A stretch of DNA of 64,000 nucleotides from Spirochaetia bacterium (GTDB lineage: Bacteria > Spirochaetota > Spirochaetia > WTKD01 > G963693115), in assembly GCA_965226065.1 (NCBI GenBank), contig OZ245332.1:809651-873650 (forward strand). Reading direction: 5' to 3'. The first letter of the stretch is position 1, and the number at the start of each line of letters is the position of its first letter. A program made the position numbers and the translations under genes. The notes under the pieces were generated by a model. It was given only the letters and a program-made list of their open reading frames with translations. It did no database searches and had not been told where the DNA came from. Shown here piece by piece: positions 51,563 through 62,545 of this stretch.

Positions 51563-51719
51563 ATATTATAAAATACTTCACTTAATTTTAATTATCTTCA
51601 CGCAGTTATATTATAGTAAATATATCGTCATAGCAAATATGCAGGAGAAAAAAATAATATTCGTTTGTGAAAAGTGTAATTTTATATCATTTACATATCC
51701 ATCATTGCTCTATGGTGTT

Positions 51720-53030
51720 TTATATATAGGTATTGACTAACGCTTCTAAAAGTTCTTGATTGCCCGAAGACGGAAGAAATTCTGGTTCAGAATGAGCAAT
51801 AGTAGCGAGTTCAGAGAAATTTGTCGCACCTTGTACGATTTTTTCACCAATACCGGAAGTGTAACCTTCGTATCGATATGCAACAACATCTTCTAAGGCA
51901 CCATCTTTAAGTATTTTTTCTGCAATAAGAAGTCCACGAGCAAAGGTATCCATGCCTGCAATATGCGCGTAGATCATATCTTCAAGCGTATATGAACCAC
52001 GACGCAGCTTTGCATCAAAATTAAGTCCACCATTTCCAAGTCCATTATTTTTTAGTATTTCGTACATCACAAAAATTGATGTATAGATATCTGTAGGAAA
52101 TTGATCGGTATCCCAGCCTAATAAGAGATCGCCTTGGTTTGCATCGACACTGCCTAACAGCCCGTGAATACGAGCATGATATAACTCATGCTGCATACTA
52201 TGCCCACTAAGCGTGGCATGGTTTGTCTCTATGTTCAGCTTTACATGTTGTATAAGATCGTAGTGATGCAAAAACCCAATAACCGCTGCAACATCAAAAT
52301 CATACTGATGTTTAGTTGGCTCTTTTGGCTTAGGCTCAACAAGCAACTGTCCCGTAAAATTAATTTCTTTTGCATATTCTTTCGCCATGTGCATAAAGCG
52401 TGCAAGATTATCGCGCTCTAATTGCATGTCGGTATTTAGCAAAGTCTCATAACCTTCACGTCCGCCCCAAAACACATAATTACTGCCACCGAGTTCTTTT
52501 GTAATTTCCATTGCTTTTTTTACTTGCGCAGCGGCGTGTGCAAATACACGCGGGTCAGGCGAAGTCGCAGCACCGTGCATGTAGCGCGGATGAGAAAACA
52601 AATTCGCCGTTCCCCACAGAAGTTTCACCGAGCTGTCTTTCATTCTCTTCTTTATAACACGTACCACAGAATCAAGTGCTTTATTACTTTGAGAAAGCGT
52701 ATCCATCTCTGGCGCGAGGTCTCTATCGTGAAAACAAAAAAATGGAACAGCAAGTTTCTCGGCAAAATCAAACATAGCATGCACACGAGATGCAGCTTTC
52801 TTCAACGGATCTTGTACGTCATTCCACGGACGTTGCCATGTTGCAAGTCCAAAGGGATCTGTGCCACCTGCGCAAAAGCTATGCCAATAGGCAAGCGAAA
52901 AACGCAAATGTTCTTCCATGGTTTTTGCACTTACTTTTCTCTGTGCATTGTAGTACTTAAATGCAAAGGGATTTTTCGATTTTACACCTTCGTACAATAT
53001 TTCGGGTATATGTGAAAAGGAATTTTTCAT
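51720..53030 (-). CDS. xylA: Xylose isomerase
   Basis: Motifs FCFHDRDLAP and VFWGGREGYETLLNTD. ~436 aa from MKNSFSHIPE. Confidence 0.9.
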   Translation of the reverse strand: MKNSFSHIPEILYEGVKSKNPFAFKYYNAQRKVSAKTMEEHLRFSLAYWHSFCAGGTDPFGLATWQRPWNDVQDPLKKAASRVHAMFDFAEKLAVPFFCFHDRDLAPEMDTLSQSNKALDSVVRVIKKRMKDSSVKLLWGTANLFSHPRYMHGAATSPDPRVFAHAAAQVKKAMEITKELGGSNYVFWGGREGYETLLNTDMQLERDNLARFMHMAKEYAKEINFTGQLLVEPKPKEPTKHQYDFDVAAVIGFLHHYDLIQHVKLNIETNHATLSGHSMQHELYHARIHGLLGSVDANQGDLLLGWDTDQFPTDIYTSIFVMYEILKNNGLGNGGLNFDAKLRRGSYTLEDMIYAHIAGMDTFARGLLIAEKILKDGALEDVVAYRYEGYTSGIGEKIVQGATNFSELATIAHSEPEFLPSSGNQELLEALVNTYI

Positions 53031-53676
53031 TCTTGCCTCCATAGTCTATAGTATCTATCTTGCGCACAAGGAAAACATTACTTTTTTGATAATGCATCAT
53101 AACTTTACAGAAAATTACATAGCATAAGTATGATTATAATAATTGTATTATTTCAATTGTAGCGGTATATCAGAAAGCTATTGAAAATACAAAAATATCT
53201 TATTTAAAAATGGAAAAATTCTTATGTCAATAATAAATGTAAAAGCTGTTTATTTTCAATACTGTTTACAAAAGCAATCTGATGGAAGTTAGGTTATTTT
53301 AAATAGAAATTATAAATCTGTAGGTTTTAACACTACTAATTTTGTAAATTATAAAAACTACCCAATATCAATGAATATGCAAGAGGCGGGGAATAACGAC
53401 TTTACAAAAACTATCTTATAAAGGCGAAGCAGAATCATCAGACAGTAATATTTATTTATACAATGATAGCTGTACACCAACTAGCAGTGCAGTTTCAATG
53501 AAGGCATATATTACTCAAGCTTGAATAGCGAGCTCATCGTAGAACATAAGCAAACGCGTGATACAGTTTAGAGAATATCATAGTAAAATGACATCATCTT
53601 GTAAAGCACGAGTAGTTACGTTAAGAAGATAGTATTTAGAAATAGTCCAATGCTAAAACAGATTTAGCACAAACTC

Positions 53677-54408
53677 TTAGAATATCTGTGCTTTGCTAGA
53701 AAGATAATTGAGAATGCGATTGTAATCATCATAGTAATCTATCTCACTCCAAAACGAATTGCCAATATCCATTACATGAACAGGTAACTCATCGTTATAC
53801 ACAATTGCAGATTCCCACCATGTATTGTAGTCTTTTTGTTCAAGTAATAATGCCACTTGTTGTGCGACAATTTGCACATGTTCCTTTGCTACTTTCACCA
53901 CATCAAGACTTTCTGCCTGAGACTCTTTAATATCTTTTCCATATGCAATTATTTTATTATCAGATGAGTACCTAACACGCACATCTGCAACTTCGGCTCT
54001 ATGAGAGTCTATAAGCAATAAGGGGCTCTCATGTGTTTTTGTACATATTTGCTCGTATATCTCATGTGATAAGAAAGTATCGCCATTGATAATAAGCATA
54101 TCATCATTAGCATCAAACTCAGATAAGGCAAACCACAATGATCCTAAAGAATTCATAAGATAATAAAAGGGATTATGATAGTGCTTTACCTGCTGACCAA
54201 CAACATTGATAATATCACGATAGTGATACCCGGTGACTATACTGATATCTGATACCTGATATTTCTGAAGCATCTTTATACTATATTCAATAAGCGGTAT
54301 AGTTTCTGTTTTATCCTTGTTGTACAAGGGCAGCAAACTCTTAGGTGTCTTACCAATGTTCTTTGCTATTCTTTCCCCTATACCTGCGACCAGTATGATT
54401 GCTTTCAT
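53677..54408 (-). CDS. Sugar/alcohol-phosphate nucleotidyltransferase, LicC-like (e.g. choline-phosphate cytidylyltransferase family)
   Basis: N-terminus MKAIILVAGIGERIAKNIGKTPKSLLPL matches the NTP-transferase G-x-G-x-R loop and resembles LicC (MKAIILAAGLGTRL...PK.L). Length is 243 aa. Confidence 0.55.
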   Translation of the reverse strand: MKAIILVAGIGERIAKNIGKTPKSLLPLYNKDKTETIPLIEYSIKMLQKYQVSDISIVTGYHYRDIINVVGQQVKHYHNPFYYLMNSLGSLWFALSEFDANDDMLIINGDTFLSHEIYEQICTKTHESPLLLIDSHRAEVADVRVRYSSDNKIIAYGKDIKESQAESLDVVKVAKEHVQIVAQQVALLLEQKDYNTWWESAIVYNDELPVHVMDIGNSFWSEIDYYDDYNRILNYLSSKAQIF

Positions 54409-55739
54409 ATATCTCCTTGTAATTCGATTAGTGTATTAGCTGCGACAATTCCCGCATGCCCAAAATTATAAAGGCTGCTATCGCGTAAAGATGGTATAAC
54501 ACTTTTTTCCTGATACCTTGAAAGTAACCTTTTCACATGCAAAGGCAGTTCATGAATATGCTCTGGTTTTACGTTATAAGCTATTTCTGAAAAATGCGTT
54601 TGCTCCCACGATGGCCAATCGCAATCTCTTCCTTCCATACCCAAATAATCATACGATGACGCGTCACTTATAACAATTGGTTTTTCAAAAACAAATGCGT
54701 AATCGAAGATAATGCCGCTTCTATCCGATATCATAAGCGAAGATCGTGAAAGTGCAGGAAAGTTATCTGCATTCGTATCCCACTCTATAGTATCAAATGT
54801 TTGAAGATCAGATTTTAATTGTTCTATCATGTGTTTTTCGCTGATATAACTTTGAGGATGAAGACGTAGAATGATACGATATCCCTCTTCTAACAACATG
54901 CGCAATGGCGCACTGCCGTAACAACTGACAAAGCTAACATCTCCCCATGTAGGAGCTACAAGAATCGTGTTCTTTTCCTCAGGAAATTCAAAAGACAGTT
55001 CTTGTTTCTTTTTTACAAGTTCATCCATATATGTACAGCCAACATTGATAATACGTTTCTGCGTAAGTTTTCTTTTAGACTCTATTTTTCTCAGAGAGCG
55101 TTCTTGATGCACGCCGCTTACCATAACTGTATCGTAAAAATCAAAAGAAAATACTTTATAAAGATGTATGTCTGTTGGCGCGTGCATTACATGTACATAC
55201 TGCTTTACGCCCTTAGATCTACGTATCTGCAAGACGTCAAGTCCGGGAGTAGTCAGTACGCATACTTCTGCCTCAAGTAAATTGAGATAAGTAAACGCTT
55301 TGTTGCCGGTGCCAATATATCGCGCTGTATAACACACAGGAACATTCGTGTCGATACTGCGAGATAAGTAGCTAAGGCCAGGATCCTGTTCGTCTGATGT
55401 CAGATATTCAAACGATATCTTTTTATCTATCAAAACATCAATAATAGGTTTGAAACAAAACCAATACTGTCTACCTTCGCAATAGAACACGAATGCAGGC
55501 TTATCTTTTATCTTTGTTTTCAAACGAAATAATCTAAAGATACTTGTATGAAGCTTGTACCATATTGTCTTTAAAGAAAATAATATTGCCGACGCTATTC
55601 CTAGTAATGCAGCGAGCAACATGCTTCCCGTACCGGGATCAAGATACGCATAAAGCGGATGCGTATACACAAGTGCAAATGCAAGAACTATGAATAATTT
55701 TTTATAAGAAAAATTATTCTTATGTTTTCCTTGTATCAC
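54405..55739 (-). CDS. CDP-glycerol glycerophosphotransferase (TagB/TagF family)
   Basis: N-terminal TM segment. TagF-type motifs ..NTILVAPTWGD.. and ..IILRLHPQSY... Its stop overlaps the start of the downstream gene. Confidence 0.65.
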   Translation of the reverse strand: MIQGKHKNNFSYKKLFIVLAFALVYTHPLYAYLDPGTGSMLLAALLGIASAILFSLKTIWYKLHTSIFRLFRLKTKIKDKPAFVFYCEGRQYWFCFKPIIDVLIDKKISFEYLTSDEQDPGLSYLSRSIDTNVPVCYTARYIGTGNKAFTYLNLLEAEVCVLTTPGLDVLQIRRSKGVKQYVHVMHAPTDIHLYKVFSFDFYDTVMVSGVHQERSLRKIESKRKLTQKRIINVGCTYMDELVKKKQELSFEFPEEKNTILVAPTWGDVSFVSCYGSAPLRMLLEEGYRIILRLHPQSYISEKHMIEQLKSDLQTFDTIEWDTNADNFPALSRSSLMISDRSGIIFDYAFVFEKPIVISDASSYDYLGMEGRDCDWPSWEQTHFSEIAYNVKPEHIHELPLHVKRLLSRYQEKSVIPSLRDSSLYNFGHAGIVAANTLIELQGDI

Positions 55740-58700
55740 TTCACACGTCTCCAGTTTTCTTTTTTAAAAATACTATCAGTTACTTCATAGTGCACTTTAA
55801 TGGTAAATTTTTTATCACTCACAAGATCTCGCCAACCATAAAATGTAGTATGATATATTGGCAAAGTACGTACAGGTGCAGGATTTATTCGAAGTGGTGA
55901 TTTTGGAATTCCATTACAATTCTCCAGTCCATCGCACATAACCGCAGGAAGATCGACATTACTTACCAACCGCTCATCAGTTTTGAACATTCCACGACTA
56001 TGAAAATCTTTTACCATAAACAGAATGTGTGCCCGCGAAAAATTCTTTGTGTTAGTTTGTCCAAAAAAATCAAGTGCAATTCCGTTACCATTCATTTCAT
56101 CTTCAATTCTTTCAAATCCATGGTCAGATATTATGATGATTTTTGTGTTATCATAAATACCATTTTCTTTCAGCCATGTCACCCACCTTCCAATGGCACG
56201 CATAGCACAGCGCGCTGAATAGTACGAATTCTTCCCTGCCATGTTATCGCCAGCGCTAGGGTCAGGAAATTCATCTTTTACAAGAGTGCAAGATGAATCT
56301 AGTCCGTATGGCATATGGGTAATATCATTATGAAAAAACTTAAAGGTATTTTTATCACTACCAACATACGATAAATTCACAAGAGAATCTATAAAAGACC
56401 ACTGTTCCAACGCTGCTTTATATCCCCAAAAGTTTTTTAACATTCGAGAATTAAATATATTCCATACGCCATCGTCATATATAAATCGTTTCATAAAAAA
56501 CGGAAATGCACGAATAAATCCTACTGCTGCAAGTAAATACGATTGCCGTAGAACAGCCATGTTTTGTGCCTTATTGCTTTGTACCTTATTGTTTTTAATC
56601 CAATATCCTACCGTACTAATATCGGGTGGAGATAAACATGATACATCGCGTTCTTCTATCAATTTGCATTGATCACCATCTCCCACATAATAAATAAGCC
56701 CGCTTGTAGCAACTGCATAATTGTGCGATTGATATAACTCAAACATAGCATCGTATGCACGAGCAAATTTTTCTGCTAAATTTATTCCGTCCATCTTATT
56801 GATATTTTCAGGAGTATAATCCCAACCGCTCATCATTGCAGCTTTACTCGTTGCAGTGTAAGTTGAAATACTTAGTGCATTCGGATACCACGTAAAACCA
56901 TTATAGATACGCTTTAGCTCAGGCTCAGATGCTAAAATAGGCTTCATAAGTCCACCTGAAAACATATCGAGCAGAAATACTACAATATTTTTACCATCTT
57001 TTGAAAACTCAAATATGTCACCATACACTTCTTTAGATGTATCAGATGTAGAGAGCTTCGTGTTTTTCGTCTTTTGCGATAACGATGCCTGAAAGTTTGA
57101 GTTATAATACCACATCTCTGTACTTGCAAATCGTAGCAGTGTAAATATAGTACATCCTATAATACAAAGTAAAAATGCATTCTGTTTCTTGGAAATATAA
57201 TGTATTACCAATAACAATACGCTAATGAGTGCTATACCTTCAACAATAAATAAAGCTGTTTTAAGCACTATGCTGCGTGGATTTACCAAGATAAAGTTAT
57301 CTACAGCCCCATAGTCAAACGGTAATAAATACGTATATGCAAACACCGTAATAGCAATGGTATAAAACACCGCGCTCACATAGTGTTTGTACGCTTTAGG
57401 CGTAAGTAAATAGAGAAGAAAAAGCAGTACCGCAACAACAAGAGTAAATAAAAACAAAACACCCTGCAATGCTTCAAGCGGTTTTCCTATAGCACTAGGA
57501 TCGCTTGTATATACTTCTGTAGGAAGTGCTATGAGTAAGAGAAATGGAATAAAAATCACAGTACATATGACAATATACCTATACACGGAACTATGAGGCT
57601 TCTTTACATAAGAAATAGACGTAATAGGCACGCGTAAATAACAGCGCAACCACAGAAACAACATGGCGTGTAGCAGTATCAATACGAAGCAAATAGCAAT
57701 CTTGCGTATGGTAAAAGGAAGATCAATAGAATGTACAGGAGTATACATGTTATAGATAACTACTGCCACGCAAATCATCAGTCCTAACAGAACGCTATAT
57801 TTTGTTAGCATGTACCAGAGCTTGTACTTCGGCGTATGTTTTAAGAACATAATAAATAAGAACACCGTTTGTACAAATCCAAGAAATGCAGTGGTATTAA
57901 GCAATTGAAGCGGAGTAGTTCCCCTCGCCCTATTACTATTAAAAAGAAAATAGGCAGCAAACAAATATAATATAAGCAATTCTATTGCTATTACGATTAT
58001 TCTCACTCTCTGTTTATTACGTAAAAACTTCGCGTACGATGCCTTTAATAGTTGAAATGTTGATGGCACACTCTGTACATTTTTCTTCTTATGTTTCATA
58101 AGTAGTAGTACATTTTTAAGCCATGAATACGCATTATTCACCGTCCAATAAAGCACCAATGCCGATGGAGCATTATACAGCAATATGAGAAACACAAACG
58201 CTAATCCCCAAATATGAACAAGTGCCTTAGGATTCGTTCGTCTTGTATACATATCTGCAGCAAGAAGATTAACCGCCGTCATAACAAAAGGCAATACATT
58301 TATCGGTACATGCCCTATAGTAAATAAAGCATCGGGCTGTAGTAAATCGGAAACGATGAAGAAAGGTATTTGTTTGAATAATTCATAATGCCCAAGCAAC
58401 TGATATGCAGCGATAAAAAACGGAACCTGAACAACTAATCCACCAAGTGAACGCAAGCCCATAATAGGATGATATTGATGAATGCGATAGAGTGTTCGCA
58501 TATACATAAAGCGCGTCATACCGCTAAATGCCGTATTAAATTCATCAATCTTATGCTGCATACGATTACGAACACGCAACTCTTGAGACTGTAATAACTC
58601 CGCAAGCATATATGCAGGAATAAGTATTGTATTAATTACAAAGCTCATCACGATAATAGCAATGCCATAGCTCTGAGTATAACCATACACTGCTTCAAGT

Positions 58701-58753
58701 ATGGTACGCATAAGCCACGTAATTGGATACAGTATTGATTCAAATATATTCAT
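55736..58753 (-). CDS. Fusion protein: YidC/Oxa1-type membrane insertase domain + polytopic membrane region + C-terminal LtaS-like sulfatase/phosphoglycerol-transferase domain (1005 aa)
   Basis: The first ~230 aa carry the YidC/SpoIIIJ landmarks (YGIAIIVMSFVINTILIPA; LRSLGGLVVQVPFFIAAYQLL; FFIVSDLLQPD; APSALVLYWTVNNAYSWLKN). About 10 further TM helices follow. The C-terminal ~350 aa have the alkaline-phosphatase/sulfatase fold with ISDHGFE. Confidence 0.6.
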   Translation of the reverse strand: MNIFESILYPITWLMRTILEAVYGYTQSYGIAIIVMSFVINTILIPAYMLAELLQSQELRVRNRMQHKIDEFNTAFSGMTRFMYMRTLYRIHQYHPIMGLRSLGGLVVQVPFFIAAYQLLGHYELFKQIPFFIVSDLLQPDALFTIGHVPINVLPFVMTAVNLLAADMYTRRTNPKALVHIWGLAFVFLILLYNAPSALVLYWTVNNAYSWLKNVLLLMKHKKKNVQSVPSTFQLLKASYAKFLRNKQRVRIIVIAIELLILYLFAAYFLFNSNRARGTTPLQLLNTTAFLGFVQTVFLFIMFLKHTPKYKLWYMLTKYSVLLGLMICVAVVIYNMYTPVHSIDLPFTIRKIAICFVLILLHAMLFLWLRCYLRVPITSISYVKKPHSSVYRYIVICTVIFIPFLLLIALPTEVYTSDPSAIGKPLEALQGVLFLFTLVVAVLLFLLYLLTPKAYKHYVSAVFYTIAITVFAYTYLLPFDYGAVDNFILVNPRSIVLKTALFIVEGIALISVLLLVIHYISKKQNAFLLCIIGCTIFTLLRFASTEMWYYNSNFQASLSQKTKNTKLSTSDTSKEVYGDIFEFSKDGKNIVVFLLDMFSGGLMKPILASEPELKRIYNGFTWYPNALSISTYTATSKAAMMSGWDYTPENINKMDGINLAEKFARAYDAMFELYQSHNYAVATSGLIYYVGDGDQCKLIEERDVSCLSPPDISTVGYWIKNNKVQSNKAQNMAVLRQSYLLAAVGFIRAFPFFMKRFIYDDGVWNIFNSRMLKNFWGYKAALEQWSFIDSLVNLSYVGSDKNTFKFFHNDITHMPYGLDSSCTLVKDEFPDPSAGDNMAGKNSYYSARCAMRAIGRWVTWLKENGIYDNTKIIIISDHGFERIEDEMNGNGIALDFFGQTNTKNFSRAHILFMVKDFHSRGMFKTDERLVSNVDLPAVMCDGLENCNGIPKSPLRINPAPVRTLPIYHTTFYGWRDLVSDKKFTIKVHYEVTDSIFKKENWRRVK

Positions 58754-59056
58754 GTTATGATTATGTCGTGTATATCAACACACCTTCACTTTTTGTTCAT
58801 TCATTATTGTTACGTTGTATAATTATTATATTTCTTAAGACAGTATACCAATATTACGAATTATACTAAATAATAACAAAACAGCCAGAAATACCACGGT
58901 AATTAGCACATAGAAATCTGGTGAACAAAGCACCAATAACAAACAAATGAGAAAAAAATACTCTATATTTTCTAGCTAAAAATGCTATTCTAAACTTATA
59001 GCTTTCAGACTATACCGTCCATTCATAAAAATTAAGGACAGCTGTAGGAGTATCTT

Positions 59057-60685
59057 ATGAAAAAATCAATTATTACACAAATCATGTACGTAGTGCTTTT
59101 TATAGCACTCGTTTCTTCATGTGGTTTTGAGAAGAAAACATGGCAGAAAGATAAAGAATATCATATCACGGTGCTACATACCAATGATCACCATGGAAGA
59201 TTTTGGAAAAACCGCAATGGTGAATATGGTATGGCAGCGAGAAAAACATTGATTGACCGCATTAGGAATGAAGTAGAAGCAAACAATAGCATTGTACTAC
59301 TACTTTCTGGAGGCGATATAAATACCGGGGTACCCGAAAGCGACTTACAAGATGCCGAACCTGATTTTAGAGGCATGAGTGCAATTGGATACGATGCTAT
59401 GGCACTTGGTAATCATGAATTTGATAACCCATTAGAAGTACTTCAAAAACAAGAAACGTGGGCAAATTTTCCATTTCTCTCGGCAAATATTTACGACAAA
59501 ACAACAGGAAAAAGACTCTTTAGTCCGTACAAAATATTTCAAAAGCAAGACTTACGCATAGCAGTAGTAGGACTTACCACACAAGACACTGCTGTTATCG
59601 GTAACCCACAGTTCTTACACAACATTGAATTTCGCGATCCTATCGCAGAATCAACGCCTCTTCTAAATACATTAAAAACCAAAGCCGATATCATTATTGC
59701 GGTAACTCATATGGGACACTACCCTGATGCAAACCACAAAACAAATGCACCCGGTGATGTATCGCTGGCAAGAAAAACAAAAGGATATAACGCAATCATC
59801 GGCGGACACTCACAAGCGGTTGTTTGTATAACAGAAGAAAACAAGATCGTAGAGCGCTATCTACCGAACCAAGAATGCACCCCCGATTATCAAAATGGCA
59901 GCTATATTATGCAAGCAGGAGAATGGGGAAAATATGTAGGACGCGCTGACTTCACTTTCAAAAATGGTGATTTTACACTTCTACGCTATATGCTTATTCC
60001 CGTAAACTTGAAAAAAACGATAAAAGAAAATGGCAAAAAAGTGCGAGTGCTTATCGGAGATGAAATAACAGAAGATGCCTCAATGCTTCAGTTATTACGC
60101 CCATTTCAAGAAAAAGGGTCAGAAAACCTCAACGTGAAAATTGCTCAGACCAACGGAAAACTTGAAGGCGATAGAGCAATAGTAAGGAGCAAGCCTACAA
60201 ATCTTGGAACTATCATTGCCTATGCGCAAATGCAATCAGTAGGTGCTGACATCGCTGTCATAAATAGCGGTGGCATCCGTGCAAGCATTGAGAAAGGCGA
60301 CATTACCTACAAAGATGTACTAACCGTACAACCCTTTGGTAACACCGTTACGTACGTTGATTTAGGTGGCAGTGATTTACAAGAGTATCTTACTACCATA
60401 GCAAACATTCCTGAAGGTACCGGCGGATATGCGCAGTTTGCAGGACTTGCCTTTACTATGGTAGAGGAAAAACTCACCATCTCCATAAACAACAAACCCT
60501 TAGATGAAAATGCCACATATCGGCTTGCAATTAATTCTTATATCGCGTCTGGAGGCGATAAATACCCTATCCTTACAGAAAAACCAAGCTTTGTTGATAG
60601 CGGATACGTCGATGCTGAAGTACTAAAGTCGTACATGGAAGAAAAAGGTATCATAGACGCACATGGATATACTCCCGCAAGATAA
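59057..60685 (+). CDS. Bifunctional metallophosphatase / 5'-nucleotidase (UshA family) lipoprotein
   Basis: Lipobox LVSSC. Metallophosphatase motifs HTNDHHG, GGD and GNHEFD. C-terminal nucleotidase domain. Confidence 0.8.
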   Translation: MKKSIITQIMYVVLFIALVSSCGFEKKTWQKDKEYHITVLHTNDHHGRFWKNRNGEYGMAARKTLIDRIRNEVEANNSIVLLLSGGDINTGVPESDLQDAEPDFRGMSAIGYDAMALGNHEFDNPLEVLQKQETWANFPFLSANIYDKTTGKRLFSPYKIFQKQDLRIAVVGLTTQDTAVIGNPQFLHNIEFRDPIAESTPLLNTLKTKADIIIAVTHMGHYPDANHKTNAPGDVSLARKTKGYNAIIGGHSQAVVCITEENKIVERYLPNQECTPDYQNGSYIMQAGEWGKYVGRADFTFKNGDFTLLRYMLIPVNLKKTIKENGKKVRVLIGDEITEDASMLQLLRPFQEKGSENLNVKIAQTNGKLEGDRAIVRSKPTNLGTIIAYAQMQSVGADIAVINSGGIRASIEKGDITYKDVLTVQPFGNTVTYVDLGGSDLQEYLTTIANIPEGTGGYAQFAGLAFTMVEEKLTISINNKPLDENATYRLAINSYIASGGDKYPILTEKPSFVDSGYVDAEVLKSYMEEKGIIDAHGYTPAR

Positions 60686-60695
60686 ATAAAACTTC

Positions 60696-60735
60696 AGTTC
60701 TGTACGATGTGCAACATTCAAAGTTTGAATGTTGC
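60696..60735. terminator. Perfect 20-bp-arm palindrome, likely bidirectional terminator
   Basis: TACGATGTGCAACATTCAAAG/TTTGAATGTTGCACATCGTA lies between two convergent genes. Confidence 0.6.
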
Positions 60736-60749
60736 ACATCGTACGTTAC

Positions 60750-62270
60750 TTACTGTAAAAACAACGGTATTAAGGTCATTGCCGTTGCTGTTACCAAAAT
60801 TACAGATACGATATTCAAGATAATTCCCACACATGCCATATCACGTATTGTTATCTTTCCCGTACTAAATACAATTGCATTAGGTGGCGTTGCTACGGGA
60901 AACATAAATGCACACGAAGCAGCAATTGCAGCAGTTGCCATAATCACCACAGGACTAAAATTTAACGTACTTGCAAACGCTGCCATAATCGGCATCAAGA
61001 GTGTAGCAGATGCAGTATTAGACGTAATCTCTGTAAGAAAGGTAACCAACAATACTATAGACGCCACCACAATAATGATAGGAGCACCTGCAAGTCCTGT
61101 TAATTGTTCTCCTATCCACAAACTGAGCTCTGATTTCGTAAAAGCTTTTGCTAGTGAAAATCCACCTCCAAACAATAGCACAATACCCCACGGAAGTTTT
61201 ACCGCCGAAGCCCAATCCATAATAAAAAGTCCTTGCTCATTTCGTGTATCTTTACTTACAGGAATAACAAACAAAAGCACAGCTCCTATCAATGCAATTA
61301 CCGAGTCATTAACCTTTGGCAATAAAGGTTGAATAAGCCATTTGCGAGTAATCCACGATAGTGCAGTAATAATGAACACTATCAATACCATTGTTTCATT
61401 TGCACTTATAGGTCCTAGCTCTTTTCTTTTTTGCGCAATAACTACATCTGCTCCGGGAATATCCTTTGAACTAAGCTTAAATATTTTAACGAACAATATC
61501 CAGACTAAAAAGATAAATACCACCGCTAAAGGAACACCTATCATCATCCAATTGATAAAATTTAGTTCATATTGAAGCAATTCTTTCAAAGCTCCTGCTA
61601 ATACTAAATTAGGAGGAGTACCTATAATAGTACCCATTCCCCCTATTGAAGCAGCATATGCTATCCCCAGCATAATTGCCGTACCAATACGCTTATGTGA
61701 AAGCGATGTCTCCGATACTTCTGATTGAGAGTATTCTTTATGAATTAAATTTGGAAATTGAGAGATAACCGCAGAAGCAATAGGCAACATCATCATAGTA
61801 GTCGCAGTATTAGATATCCACATTGATACAAAACCCGTAGCAAGCATAAAGCCTAAGAGTATGCGTCTTGAACTCGTACCTAATGCTGCAAGAATTGCCC
61901 ACGCAATTCTCTTGTGAACATTCCATCGCTCTAATGCAAGAGCAATAACAAATCCACCCAAGAACAAGAAAATCAAATGACTTGAATATCCACCTGCAGC
62001 TTCCGCAATACTACTAAAGCCCACAAGAGGTAACATTATTAAAGGAAGCAATGCCGTTACTGCGATAGGAACTGCTTCAGTAATCCACCACACTACCATC
62101 ATCAAAGCAACCGCCGCTACCTTCGTTGCTTCAGGAGTCATTCCTGCAGGTGAGGGCAGTATCAACATGAGCATGCACAGTACAGGACCTGTAATAATAA
62201 AAATGTATTTTCTCCCAAGCGCATGTTTCATGCCTTGAGAAGTACCATGTGATGAAGTAATACTTTCCAT
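60750..62270 (-). CDS. Divalent anion:Na+ symporter (DASS/SLC13-type) permease
   Basis: 506 aa, about 14 TM segments, ArsB/NhaD-superfamily architecture with a central hydrophilic loop. Confidence 0.65.
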   Translation of the reverse strand: MESITSSHGTSQGMKHALGRKYIFIITGPVLCMLMLILPSPAGMTPEATKVAAVALMMVVWWITEAVPIAVTALLPLIMLPLVGFSSIAEAAGGYSSHLIFLFLGGFVIALALERWNVHKRIAWAILAALGTSSRRILLGFMLATGFVSMWISNTATTMMMLPIASAVISQFPNLIHKEYSQSEVSETSLSHKRIGTAIMLGIAYAASIGGMGTIIGTPPNLVLAGALKELLQYELNFINWMMIGVPLAVVFIFLVWILFVKIFKLSSKDIPGADVVIAQKRKELGPISANETMVLIVFIITALSWITRKWLIQPLLPKVNDSVIALIGAVLLFVIPVSKDTRNEQGLFIMDWASAVKLPWGIVLLFGGGFSLAKAFTKSELSLWIGEQLTGLAGAPIIIVVASIVLLVTFLTEITSNTASATLLMPIMAAFASTLNFSPVVIMATAAIAASCAFMFPVATPPNAIVFSTGKITIRDMACVGIILNIVSVILVTATAMTLIPLFLQ

Positions 62271-62545
62271 AATAATTCCCCCTATTAAATATAAAATACC
62301 ATTGCTATAACAGCATTATTATTATACAACACATGGATTTTCACATAAAATACTCCCACTATAAAGGAACAGTAACACATGCTTTTCTCATATTCATGCT
62401 CTGTGAATTTACTTCCTCCGCGCATTCCTTTCCTGCAAAATAAGATGTTCCATATCGTTATATACAGAGCGCATTAATTCATATTTGAATACTAAATTCT
62501 CCATTTGAAATATAATGGAATAAAAAAGAGAATCATGAGGAAAGT

